From the IMG/VR virus record IMGVR_UViG_3300036851_000098, positions 1 through 64,000 of that record: a stretch of 64,000 nucleotides of DNA, one strand, 5' to 3'. Position 1 is the stretch's first letter, and every line of letters begins with the position of its first letter. Of this stretch, positions 1-7,730 are shown in pieces. This DNA is from a virus. Both the position numbers and the translations under genes were made by a program. The notes beneath the pieces were generated by a model. That model saw only the letters and a program-made list of their open reading frames with translations. It searched no databases and was not told where the DNA came from.

Positions 1-515
1 CACCGGATATCTACATCGATCCTTTGGACACAGCCAAGATCGCTGCTTTTCGGGCCCAGACAGCAAAGAACGCAATGGCGCAGCACATCTACATCGAGGC
101 CGTCGATGGGAACGTCTCTTCGAAGATTCCATACGTCTATGGGGTTGATTTCGGTCTTGGTGATGTCATCGAGCTGCAGGGCTTCACACAGATCTTCTCC
201 AAGGCCCGAGTGGTCGAATATATCTACTCGCAAGACCAATATGGCGAGCAGGAATATCCAACACTTGCTGTCCTTGACCCAGATTACATCGGAACGATTC
301 CGGATTTGGAGCCTGATGAAGAGTTCCCAGAGTGGTACGAAGATCCTGATTGGGACCTTGACTTTGACGATGACATTTGGGAAGACGATGAGCATGACAC
401 TGACGAGGATGACGAGGATGACAACGATCCTAATGAAAGAGAGGACCCGAATCCTGATCCTTCACCCGATTTCTCGGGGCCGCCCGTAGCCGACTTCACC
501 TGGGAGATCACCTGA
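1..515 (+). CDS. Minor tail protein, C-terminal part (5' end outside the window), with acidic tail
   Basis: Open frame from window start; YxYGVDFGLGDVIE...ARVVEYIYSQD is typical of siphovirus minor tail (ReqiPepy6 gp37-like) C-termini. Confidence 0.7.
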   Translation, partial: PDIYIDPLDTAKIAAFRAQTAKNAMAQHIYIEAVDGNVSSKIPYVYGVDFGLGDVIELQGFTQIFSKARVVEYIYSQDQYGEQEYPTLAVLDPDYIGTIPDLEPDEEFPEWYEDPDWDLDFDDDIWEDDEHDTDEDDEDDNDPNEREDPNPDPSPDFSGPPVADFTWEIT

Positions 516-2791
516 TGCCAACCGAATCATTTGTTCACAACACAGAATATCCAGTGGTTCTGGTCCCCGGCCAGACTCTGGATGTTCAAGCTTTTATCGA
601 TTTCGATCCTAATGGTGCGGTTACGCACTTCAAGTTCAAGATGCACGCGGAACAGGATGCAGCGGAAGCTCTGTATTATTTCAAAGTTCAGTTCTTCAAT
701 GAAGCTATGGAAGAATCTGATGTTTGGTCAGGTTCTCCAATCACGATTCAGGATGGCTGGATTGGTGAGGCTGGCGAAGCCTGGGGTATTAGTATCCTTC
801 CAGAAGACCAATCGGTGTTCGTGTCAGATCATGCACATTACGGAACAACCGAAGGCCCCTTTACTGCACCCGCATATCTCGGACCTTACGAGGCCGAAGA
901 CGGTGGCACGGTCTGGGAAAATAATGTTATTGAAGAAAAGAAGACCGAAAATCATCTTCCTACTGGGGGTACCTGGTACATCAGACTTGTGTTGGATGCA
1001 GCTGCTCCTAGTAATGTTACGGTAAAGGCTTTCTCACTCGAATTCGATTGGGAAACTTGGTATCCAAGGCAGATCTATTCTGTCCCTCTAACGCAGGGTT
1101 GGGTCTGCGATAATGCATTTCCAACGCCTAGCGGCTTGTATGTAATTCTTCACCGAGGATTTGCATATTTGTATGGAGAGATGCTTGATTGGAACAACTG
1201 GAATGAGGATCTCAACGAGGATTGGTTCACTGAAGTTTACGAGGATGCCACAACTATGCTAGTGGAAGCCGGGGGTCTTCCAGAGGCGGCTAGACCTTCG
1301 GGAAGAGTAGTTGTTCCTATTCGTTTCTACGACTTCGATAGATCAAGTGTTGCGCTAGGAACGACTTGGTATCTGGCAATCGGCGCGGATGGTTCCATTA
1401 AATTCTTGAGTAAGTCTGGTCGACCCGACAAGCTTCGTCTAGGTGGTGGATCTTACTCTTTCGCGCCTATGCAAGTTCGTTGGCCAATCGCTGATCAGTC
1501 GGAAGCAACTGATACAGATGCTGGTGGTATGGACGATCTTGTCTGGAGTGTTCAAAACAATCTGATCAACGACACCGGATCTGAAAGTGGAGACAACCAG
1601 GAATGGGTTCGGGATGGAGATATTACTCTTGCCACTCATGGTGGAATCACCCATCTGCGAGCTAAGGTTTACCACAACGATCCAGACACATCATTGGATG
1701 TTCCTCTTTGGCATACTGGCGGCTATTTAGCCCATGATGCCGTCAAGGTGCTTAACACAGTTCCTGGTGTGGGGCAAGATTTCGGTTTCATCCAGCAGTT
1801 TACGTTGGAGTTGTCTGATATTCCAGCTGGCGCAACTGTTAACTTCGACGCTTCATCGTCTACTGGACAACAGCCTTTGGCGTATCACTGGAACTTCGGT
1901 GATGGAAGTACAGGCTCTGGTAAAATCACATCGCATGTGTATACCGAGCCTGGGACATATTGGGTAAAACTCACTGTTACCGATCCTCGTGATCGGACTG
2001 ACAGCGTGACGAAACGTCCGAGAAACCCTGATCCAGGAGAAGGATATCCTGGAGAGTCGAATGACTGGGCAGCATATGTTAATGACAATGGTGCTGTTAT
2101 CAACGCTGCTGGCCAGCATATACTTTTCCTATCTGCTGATCCTGACACGCAAGTGTTCAAAGGTGAAGACGTAACTCCTGGGACTCTGGGTGGAGCACCG
2201 GGCAGCTGTTTCATTGGTGCGGACGACATTGCTCCATATTTTGCAGCTGATAAAAACTTTATAGACGGGGGTATGCGCGAAGCTAGCACTTCTTTGTCAA
2301 GTCCTCAAATGGAGTATGACCTAGTCAGTGCTGTTGGACGTAAATATGGAGTAGCGATCTGTGTACAGGAAGATGGCAGTCACTATAGACACGAAGTTGA
2401 ATGCACGTCTATTTCCGGAGGCTGGCCATCTGGACGACCAAATACTTATGTGCATAAATTGTACAAGAATATCGGCGGTGCTGATACGCTAATTGCTGGA
2501 CCTGTAACTAATGATTCTCCCTCTTGTTGGGTTTCCGGATTTATTTCATTTAGTGATGTGCAATCTGTTAGATGGCAACCTCATCACACGGGGGCCGTTT
2601 TCAGTGTAGCCGACACTACTGTACCAAAATCGGGCACGTGGGGTTTCTATATTGCTGGAGACGTTACTGTAGAGACTCTTGCCGTCACAGGTAATGCGTT
2701 TCCATCATATCCACCACCTGGAGAGATCGTCAACATCGAGGCTTGGTGGCCAACTTACTACGAGTACGACGAGGCACCACCGAATCCATGA
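515..2791 (+). CDS. Tail/receptor-binding protein with PKD domain
   Basis: 758 aa; PKD signature VNFDASSS...YHWNFGDGSTGSG..SHVYTEPGTYWVKLTVTD; follows a tail gene. Confidence 0.65.
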   Translation: MPTESFVHNTEYPVVLVPGQTLDVQAFIDFDPNGAVTHFKFKMHAEQDAAEALYYFKVQFFNEAMEESDVWSGSPITIQDGWIGEAGEAWGISILPEDQSVFVSDHAHYGTTEGPFTAPAYLGPYEAEDGGTVWENNVIEEKKTENHLPTGGTWYIRLVLDAAAPSNVTVKAFSLEFDWETWYPRQIYSVPLTQGWVCDNAFPTPSGLYVILHRGFAYLYGEMLDWNNWNEDLNEDWFTEVYEDATTMLVEAGGLPEAARPSGRVVVPIRFYDFDRSSVALGTTWYLAIGADGSIKFLSKSGRPDKLRLGGGSYSFAPMQVRWPIADQSEATDTDAGGMDDLVWSVQNNLINDTGSESGDNQEWVRDGDITLATHGGITHLRAKVYHNDPDTSLDVPLWHTGGYLAHDAVKVLNTVPGVGQDFGFIQQFTLELSDIPAGATVNFDASSSTGQQPLAYHWNFGDGSTGSGKITSHVYTEPGTYWVKLTVTDPRDRTDSVTKRPRNPDPGEGYPGESNDWAAYVNDNGAVINAAGQHILFLSADPDTQVFKGEDVTPGTLGGAPGSCFIGADDIAPYFAADKNFIDGGMREASTSLSSPQMEYDLVSAVGRKYGVAICVQEDGSHYRHEVECTSISGGWPSGRPNTYVHKLYKNIGGADTLIAGPVTNDSPSCWVSGFISFSDVQSVRWQPHHTGAVFSVADTTVPKSGTWGFYIAGDVTVETLAVTGNAFPSYPPPGEIVNIEAWWPTYYEYDEAPPNP

Positions 2792-2816
2792 GTAATCTGA
2801 CGGAAAGGAGAGGAGG

Positions 2817-3056
2817 GTGAGCAAGGAGCAATACGAAGCCTGGTCGCGAATAGTTGCATTCTCGCTGAAGTTGGTAGGCGTTCTGGGCATCATATTTGTT
2901 CCTGTGTTCTGGGCTATCACGGGTCGTGTGGAACTTGCCTTCCTGCCATTTTTCGGGACCTTGGCCGGGGTTGGTCAAGGCCTCGATGTACTTAGAGAAA
3001 TCCAACAAGGTAAAGGAGGTGGGGGTGGGTCAGATGGCTCGAAAAACGCGACTTAG
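2817..3056 (+). CDS. Small membrane protein (lysis cassette)
   Basis: Strong RBS (AGGAGAGGAGG), two hydrophobic segments. Confidence 0.6.
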   Translation: MSKEQYEAWSRIVAFSLKLVGVLGIIFVPVFWAITGRVELAFLPFFGTLAGVGQGLDVLREIQQGKGGGGGSDGSKNAT

Positions 3057-3201
3057 TCTTATCGGACTGTTGATAGTTGTCTCAGCTGTTTACGCCGCTC
3101 TCGTTTCCAAAGACCCCGATCTAGCACGCACCATCATGGTGGGGTACATCGGAATGGTTCTCACCATATTCGTTGTAAACGAAATGTGGAAGAAGCCATA
3201 A
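3034..3201 (+). CDS. Small two-TM membrane protein
   Basis: ATG 3034 after GGAGGTGGGGG; two hydrophobic helices. Confidence 0.55.
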   Translation: MARKTRLSLIGLLIVVSAVYAALVSKDPDLARTIMVGYIGMVLTIFVVNEMWKKP

Positions 3202-3617
3202 TGGAAGAGCGACGTAAACAAGGAGACGATCTTACGGGGCGCCGGAATGGATATGCAGCGTTAAAGAAAGATCTACAACATTTCTTCAAAGAGGTGTGGG
3301 TAGTCGTAGTCCTTATCGGAGTAGTGTGTACTGTCGCGTTAGCTGGATTTGGAATATTTCTTCGGCACCAAGATCAAACAGCCAAAGAGTTTTGTCAAAA
3401 CCAAAATATTAGGCATGACAACGCTATATATTCTCTTATCGCCGGCTCTAATCAAGATCAGTTAGATGCTCCAACAGACGCTGCTCGAACAGATATTCGG
3501 AGACGGCGAGACGTAACCATCGGCATTATTGAAGCAATTGCTCCGAAGACTGATTGTAGTGACTCAGCCAAAGTCAAAGCCATACCAGAAGTAACACCGA
3601 TCCCGGAGCTCCCATGA
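3201..3617 (+). CDS. Single-TM membrane protein
   Basis: One TM helix, Cys pair, Pro-rich end; architecture like the next gene. Confidence 0.55.
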   Translation: MEERRKQGDDLTGRRNGYAALKKDLQHFFKEVWVVVVLIGVVCTVALAGFGIFLRHQDQTAKEFCQNQNIRHDNAIYSLIAGSNQDQLDAPTDAARTDIRRRRDVTIGIIEAIAPKTDCSDSAKVKAIPEVTPIPELP

Positions 3618-4018
3618 AAGAGGAAACTTTCGAAGAGAGAATCCTCCGTGAATGGGAGGAATACAGAACAGAGCAAGAAGAACGACTTAGTCATTTTTTC
3701 AAACGGATACTAATCGTATTCGCAATTCTAGGTTTCACCGTTGCTGGTTCTGTGTATTACGTGTATGCAACTTCGAATACTAATAAAAATGCACTTTGTG
3801 CGATGCGTTATGATGCTGAGCGTCGTGTATCCTTGTCTGAGGATTTTCTCAAAGAGAATCCAAACGGAATACCAGGGATTTCTATCGATTCTCTCCGTCG
3901 TAGTACCAATAATGCAAAGCAGACAGCTGAATCTTTGTCGTTCATAGATTGTCCGCCGCTGGAAGATCTACCAGAGGTTTCACCGTCCACATTACCTGAG
4001 GAGAGTCCAGTTCCATGA
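3614..4018 (+). CDS. Single-TM membrane protein
   Basis: ATGA overlap; TM helix, Cys pair, Pro-rich C-terminus. Confidence 0.55.
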   Translation: MKEETFEERILREWEEYRTEQEERLSHFFKRILIVFAILGFTVAGSVYYVYATSNTNKNALCAMRYDAERRVSLSEDFLKENPNGIPGISIDSLRRSTNNAKQTAESLSFIDCPPLEDLPEVSPSTLPEESPVP

Positions 4019-4422
4019 TGATTCAAGGAAAGACGTACGACACCCTAAAATGGATCGCTCAGATCCTATTGCCCGCACTGGGCTCGCTATATTTCGCCCT
4101 TGCGGGGATCTGGGATCTTCCGTCAGCGGAAGACGTTGTCGGCACCATCGTGGTGGTCGATACCTTCCTTGGCGTCGTGCTCGGACTCTCGCAGTCCAGC
4201 TTTAACAAGCAAACCGCCACCGGAACCGTCGAAACAATTGAGCATCCGGACGGTGCGTTGACATATTCGCTGAACCTTGATGACGAAAATCCGGAGAACC
4301 TGCGCAATAAGAAGCGCGCTGTCTTCGATGTCGTCAAAGGGCAGGGCGGGATGAGTTCCGTCGAGTTGATCGGTCTTCTCTGTCTGATCGGCATCGCAGC
4401 GATTCTTATTGTTCTTCTGTAG
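4015..4422 (+). CDS. Holin (Dp-1 type) with C-terminal extension
   Basis: KTYDTLKWIAQILLPALGSLYFALAGIW...VVGTIVVVDTFLGVVLGLS is the Dp-1 holin pattern. Confidence 0.8.
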   Translation: MMIQGKTYDTLKWIAQILLPALGSLYFALAGIWDLPSAEDVVGTIVVVDTFLGVVLGLSQSSFNKQTATGTVETIEHPDGALTYSLNLDDENPENLRNKKRAVFDVVKGQGGMSSVELIGLLCLIGIAAILIVLL

Positions 4423-4428
4423 GGGTAT

Positions 4429-4460
4429 TCGCGGGCGAATCATCGCCTATAATGAGACCC
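4429..4460 (+). promoter_or_regulatory. Phage promoter motif copy 1
   Basis: TCGCG(4429)-N14-TATAAT(4448)-GAGACCC. Confidence 0.8.
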
Positions 4461-4478
4461 TTACATAAAGGAGAGTAA

Positions 4479-4766
4479 TTGTTTACCAAGAATCACATCG
4501 AAACTCAGCTCGACGCTGAGATCACATCTCTGCTCAGAAAGCTGAAAGAGACCACAAAGGACTCCGAAGACTACGGAAAGCTACTCGAGCGCCTATCCAA
4601 GTTGCATTCGCTCAAGATGGACGAACGTCCGCGAAAGCGAATCAACCCGGATACGGTGCTTGTAGTAGCTGCCAACATCTTCGGGATTCTGTGGCTCGCT
4701 CGCTATGAGCGCGAGAACGTCATCAAAAGCAGAAACGCTTTGAGTTTCGTGATGAAGCCTCGGTAA
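4479..4766 (+). CDS. Hypothetical cassette protein
   Basis: TTG start after AAGGAG; between promoter motif and terminator. Confidence 0.7.
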   Translation: MFTKNHIETQLDAEITSLLRKLKETTKDSEDYGKLLERLSKLHSLKMDERPRKRINPDTVLVVAANIFGILWLARYERENVIKSRNALSFVMKPR

Positions 4767-4795
4767 CCGTTAGTCCCTAAACAGGCTATCGAAAT

Positions 4796-4835
4796 AGAGG
4801 GGCTCGTGTGCAAAACACGGCCTCTCTTTTTTTTT
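4796..4835 (+). terminator. Intrinsic terminator
   Basis: AGAGGGGC...GCCTCTCT hairpin followed by a long T tract. Confidence 0.8.
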
Positions 4836-4958
4836 GAAAACTGAAAAATTCCCGGGGGGAAATTTCTGGATAATGTTCAGATATTGGTTCGTGTTTTAGA
4901 TAGATATTGGCTCGTACTCGCGTGATATGCCATTCCCATCGAACAGCACACTCTGGAT

Positions 4959-5138
4959 TTGATCCAGATTCTTAACGGCGGCGTTCGTCCGGAGATCGAA
5001 GAAGAGCACACCTGGTTCATCTTCGATGTCAACCTGCCGGAGACCACCGAGAACCACAAGATCGTTCCCCACGACGAGCTATACGAGAAGAGTGTCGGAA
5101 TCGTCGGACACGGCTACGTCATCCAAATGGTGAAGTAG
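4959..5138 (+). CDS. Small ORF or 5'-damaged gene
   Basis: Coding-like frame open from 4926 to TAG 5138, ending at a terminator; no RBS, first usable start is TTG 4959. Confidence 0.35.
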   Translation: MIQILNGGVRPEIEEEHTWFIFDVNLPETTENHKIVPHDELYEKSVGIVGHGYVIQMVK

Positions 5139-5144
5139 TCTAAG

Positions 5145-5171
5145 AGGAGAGCCTACACGGGCTTTCCTTTT
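5145..5171 (+). terminator. Terminator (TACAC loop family)
   Basis: AGGAGAGCC-TACACG-GGCTTTCCT-TTT. Confidence 0.8.
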
Positions 5172-5200
5172 CGCGTAAAAAACTTGTCATATAATAGAAC
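5171..5200 (+). promoter_or_regulatory. Phage promoter motif copy 2
   Basis: TCGCG(5171)-N14-TATAAT(5190)-AGAAC. Confidence 0.8.
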
Positions 5201-5218
5201 CACTACTAAGGAGTAATC

Positions 5219-5278
5219 ATGCTTCCCGTTTATATTCTTCTCGCCCTTCTTGTGGCGTCGTTGTTTATCTACAAGTAA
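5219..5278 (+). CDS. 19-aa hydrophobic peptide MLPVYILLALLVASLFIYK
   Basis: Own promoter, RBS TAAGGAG and terminator; below the ORF-track size cutoff. Confidence 0.65.
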   Translation: MLPVYILLALLVASLFIYK

Positions 5279-5300
5279 CACCCCCAGAGTAGTTCACTCG

Positions 5301-5330
5301 AAGGAGAGCCTACACCGGCTTTCCTTTTTT
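5301..5330 (+). terminator. Terminator (TACAC loop family)
   Basis: AAGGAGAGCC-TACACC-GGCTTTCCTT-TTTT. Confidence 0.8.
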
Positions 5331-5339
5331 CCCTGCAAT

Positions 5340-5368
5340 TCGCGTATTTTTCATGTTGTATAATGAAA
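5340..5368 (+). promoter_or_regulatory. Phage promoter motif copy 3
   Basis: TCGCG(5340)-N14-TATAAT(5359)-GAAA. Confidence 0.8.
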
Positions 5369-5458
5369 GAAGTAGCTCTAAGCAATACGTTAAGTCGGAT
5401 TCGTACCCGAGAAATATTACGGTAAAAGTCCGTCATAGAGCAATGCTTCTATTTTTTT
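5365..5458 (+). ncRNA. Putative small structured RNA A
   Basis: AGAAGTA/TGCTTCT and GCTCTA/TAGAGC close a multi-hairpin body; T7 tail; no RBS or ORF. Confidence 0.6.
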
Positions 5459-5480
5459 CTCAACAACCAAAGGAACAGCT

Positions 5481-5678
5481 ATGAGTAACATTGTTGGTCG
5501 AGTTGTGTACTACGAGGAGGATCCTTCAAATCCTGCCACAGGTTTTAATGCGGGAGCTTATGCTCCTATCGGTTCCAACTATTTCGAGGTCGTTGTGGCT
5601 ATGGCGATGAATCGTCCGTCGGCAACGATCTGCATCAAGCCTGTCAACACGATTCCTTCTTGGGTATGTGATTACTAG
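5481..5678 (+). CDS. Hypothetical protein
   Basis: RBS AAGGA, 65 aa. Confidence 0.6.
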   Translation: MSNIVGRVVYYEEDPSNPATGFNAGAYAPIGSNYFEVVVAMAMNRPSATICIKPVNTIPSWVCDY

Positions 5679-5680
5679 TT

Positions 5681-5712
5681 TCGCGGATAGTTCACTCCGT
5701 ATAACGAGACCA
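5681..5712 (+). promoter_or_regulatory. Phage promoter motif copy 4
   Basis: TCGCG(5681)-N14-TATAAC(5700)-GAGACC. Confidence 0.75.
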
Positions 5713-5729
5713 CTACCTAAAGGAGTGTA

Positions 5730-5969
5730 ATGTTCGAAATGTTCTACTGGAGTTCGATCATTTCAGCCCTGGAGAAGCTTCCTAAGGAAGCGATCATCTC
5801 TGTCGCCGGAGCCTATGCTGCTGCCGAGATCTACAAGCGTCACACCAATGCTCGTATTCGTCTCGCACAGATCGAAGCCGACGCGCAGGTGAAGATCGCT
5901 GAAGCGGAAAGCGAAACTCTACGTCTGAAGATCAAACTTCAAGAGATCACCGACACCGCCACAAGGTAG
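5730..5969 (+). CDS. Hypothetical cassette protein (coiled coil)
   Basis: RBS AAGGAG; flanked by promoter and terminator. Confidence 0.7.
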   Translation: MFEMFYWSSIISALEKLPKEAIISVAGAYAAAEIYKRHTNARIRLAQIEADAQVKIAEAESETLRLKIKLQEITDTATR

Positions 5970-5973
5970 TATC

Positions 5974-6003
5974 AAAAAGAGAATCCTCACGGGTTCTCTT
6001 TTT
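5974..6003 (+). terminator. Terminator (TCAC loop family)
   Basis: AAGAGAATCC-TCAC-GGGTTCTCTT-TTT. Confidence 0.8.
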
Positions 6004-6008
6004 CTTGT

Positions 6009-6040
6009 TCGCGAATTTTTCAGCTCATATAATGAGACTC
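6009..6040 (+). promoter_or_regulatory. Phage promoter motif copy 5
   Basis: TCGCG(6009)-N14-TATAAT(6028)-GAGACTC. Confidence 0.8.
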
Positions 6041-6065
6041 TACACCTCTATCAAAGGAGTACAGC

Positions 6066-6275
6066 ATGTCCGAGAACGAGACCCCTGAGGTCGTCGACTC
6101 GTCCACCCCGTCCAAGCTCGCCCGCGTCAAGCGCGCCGCCATTACCGTCGGAATCTTCGGAATCCCCGTCGTCGTGATGACCGCCGCCTCTTACGCTGGC
6201 TTCAAGACGAGCGTGAACAACGTCGAGACCGCTCGACTCACCCTCGAGGCCGCCAAGCTCGCCAACAAGGCGTAA
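6066..6275 (+). CDS. Hypothetical single-TM cassette protein
   Basis: RBS AAGGAG, high GC3, one hydrophobic helix. Confidence 0.7.
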   Translation: MSENETPEVVDSSTPSKLARVKRAAITVGIFGIPVVVMTAASYAGFKTSVNNVETARLTLEAAKLANKA

Positions 6276-6281
6276 TCCTCG

Positions 6282-6313
6282 AACGAGAGATCCTAACACG
6301 GTCTCTCGTTTTT
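6282..6313 (+). terminator. Terminator (CTAACAC loop family)
   Basis: AACGAGAGATC-CTAACAC-GGTCTCTCGTT-TTT. Confidence 0.8.
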
Positions 6314-6322
6314 CCCTGCAAT

Positions 6323-6354
6323 TCGCGTATTTTTCATGCATTGTAATGAGACCC
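6323..6354 (+). promoter_or_regulatory. Phage promoter motif copy 6
   Basis: TCGCG(6323)-N14-TGTAAT(6342)-GAGACCC; shares CCCTGCAATTCGCGTATTTTTCATG with copy 3. Confidence 0.8.
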
Positions 6355-6371
6355 TACTAAGGAGAATTACA

Positions 6372-6578
6372 ATGTTTAAGCCCATCCACGCCTTTCGTGC
6401 ATTCCACGCTCTCTGCCGTGAGTACGATCAGCAGGACGGAGTCCAAAGTTACATCAACTACAATCGTAACGCTTTCGCGTACGATCAGGAGATTCAACTC
6501 TATCTGGACCGTCGTCAGGCCGATCTCGACTCCGCTCGTAAGAGCAGCGATTCGCGATTCAATGCGGTGTTTGCATAA
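6372..6578 (+). CDS. Hypothetical cassette protein
   Basis: ATG after TAAGGAG; terminator follows. Confidence 0.65.
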   Translation: MFKPIHAFRAFHALCREYDQQDGVQSYINYNRNAFAYDQEIQLYLDRRQADLDSARKSSDSRFNAVFA

Positions 6579-6605
6579 CATCAGCTTTTTCCAGTCTTTT
6601 CTCGA

Positions 6606-6635
6606 AGAGAGAGCCTTCACAGGCTTTCTCTTTTT
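6606..6635 (+). terminator. Terminator (TTCAC loop family)
   Basis: AGAGAGAGCC-TTCACA-GGCTTTCTCT-TTTT. Confidence 0.8.
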
Positions 6636-6665
6636 CTGTGAGACCCCAAACTAAGGAGAGTAGTA

Positions 6666-6899
6666 ATGCAGAGTTCGCAACACCCACTCACCAACTTCTA
6701 CAACAAGGTTAAGACTCACAGTCCCATTTTGGGAGTCTTGATCAGTGAAGACGTGGTTCTGCTCGCCTTGGGCGCTCTGACTGACGAGCATGAGCCTGTC
6801 CAAGAATCTGTAGACCGGCTACGTGAGATGACCAACATGATGCCCGAGGACATTAGGATCATCCGAGAGGACGCTCTCGCGAAGCTCGGATATCTATGA
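6666..6899 (+). CDS. Hypothetical protein
   Basis: Leader GAGACCCCAAACTAAGGAG. Confidence 0.65.
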   Translation: MQSSQHPLTNFYNKVKTHSPILGVLISEDVVLLALGALTDEHEPVQESVDRLREMTNMMPEDIRIIREDALAKLGYL

Positions 6900-7399
6900 T
6901 CGACGGTCGACCGGACGGAGTAACCATGATTGCCAGTTGGTGCGTTCCTTTCGTTCTCCGCGAGTCTCATACATTGAACGTTCTTCAAAGCCGTCTACAC
7001 GGTTTAGACCACTGGTTTCGTGTCTGGCAGAACGGACAGATGTTGGCAAACATGGAAATCGACGTAGATCTTGAAGTCCTTGCCCTGTACGCGTTATTTC
7101 ACGACTCGATGCGTATGAACGAAGGTTCAGATCCGAGTCATGGAATGCGCGGCTTCAGGTTGTGGGAACGTGTCAACCAGCGCCAAGAAGTCGAAGACCT
7201 TCTCAGCGAACGACAGCGAGAGTTATTTTTCGAGGTATGTACTCAACATAGTGATGGGCTTCGAAGTACTGATCCAACTATCGCCGCTTGCTGGGATGCC
7301 GATCGACTGGATCTCCATCGCAAAGGGATCTGGCCGGATGCTCGTTTCATGAGCACCCAAGCAGGACTAAGTCTTGTCATGACTCGGATTACCTCATAA
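6896..7399 (+). CDS. HD-domain phosphohydrolase
   Basis: HGLDHW...ALFHDS...HG...CWDADRLDL HD motif set. Confidence 0.8.
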   Translation: MIDGRPDGVTMIASWCVPFVLRESHTLNVLQSRLHGLDHWFRVWQNGQMLANMEIDVDLEVLALYALFHDSMRMNEGSDPSHGMRGFRLWERVNQRQEVEDLLSERQRELFFEVCTQHSDGLRSTDPTIAACWDADRLDLHRKGIWPDARFMSTQAGLSLVMTRITS

Positions 7400-7421
7400 A
7401 CCCTATATTTGCAGGAGAAAC

Positions 7422-7595
7422 ATGAGCGAAGACCAAGAGAAGCATGTGGGCAAGATCAGGCATGATCGAAACAATCAGAAGGATTCGGCGATCGCGATGA
7501 AGAAGAAGGGTCACTCGAATGCAGTCATTGCTGCGATTCTTGGCATCTCAGAAAGCACCGTTCAAGAGGTGCTCAAGCCTAAGAAGGATAAGTAG
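7422..7595 (+). CDS. 57-aa HTH protein
   Basis: RBS CAGGAG; KGHSNAVIAAILGISESTVQEVLKP helix-turn-helix. Confidence 0.7.
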   Translation: MSEDQEKHVGKIRHDRNNQKDSAIAMKKKGHSNAVIAAILGISESTVQEVLKPKKDK

Positions 7596-7596
7596 T

Positions 7597-7626
7597 TCGC
7601 GAAAAATTCACGTCATAAAATGAGAA
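7597..7626 (+). promoter_or_regulatory. Phage promoter motif copy 7
   Basis: TCGCG(7597)-N14-TAAAAT(7616)-GAGAA. Confidence 0.75.
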
Positions 7627-7730
7627 GAACCCTATCTATGTGTTTATGATCTCACAGGCACTCATAAACTAAATAGCAAAGATAGGGGGACCATGATCCC
7701 ACAGGCACTCATGGTCTCTTCTTATTTTTT
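7622..7730 (+). ncRNA. Putative small RNA B with twin loops
   Basis: Repeats ATGATCYCACAGGCACTCAT at 7646 and 7693, each capping its own stem; closed by GAGAAGA/TCTTCTT; T tail. Confidence 0.7.

Noticed and set aside
4429-6660. CRISPR array or integron
   Set aside because: Repeats are degenerate with gene-sized variable spacing; no cas operon, integrase or attC consensus in the window (the Cas4-like gene is a common phage nuclease)
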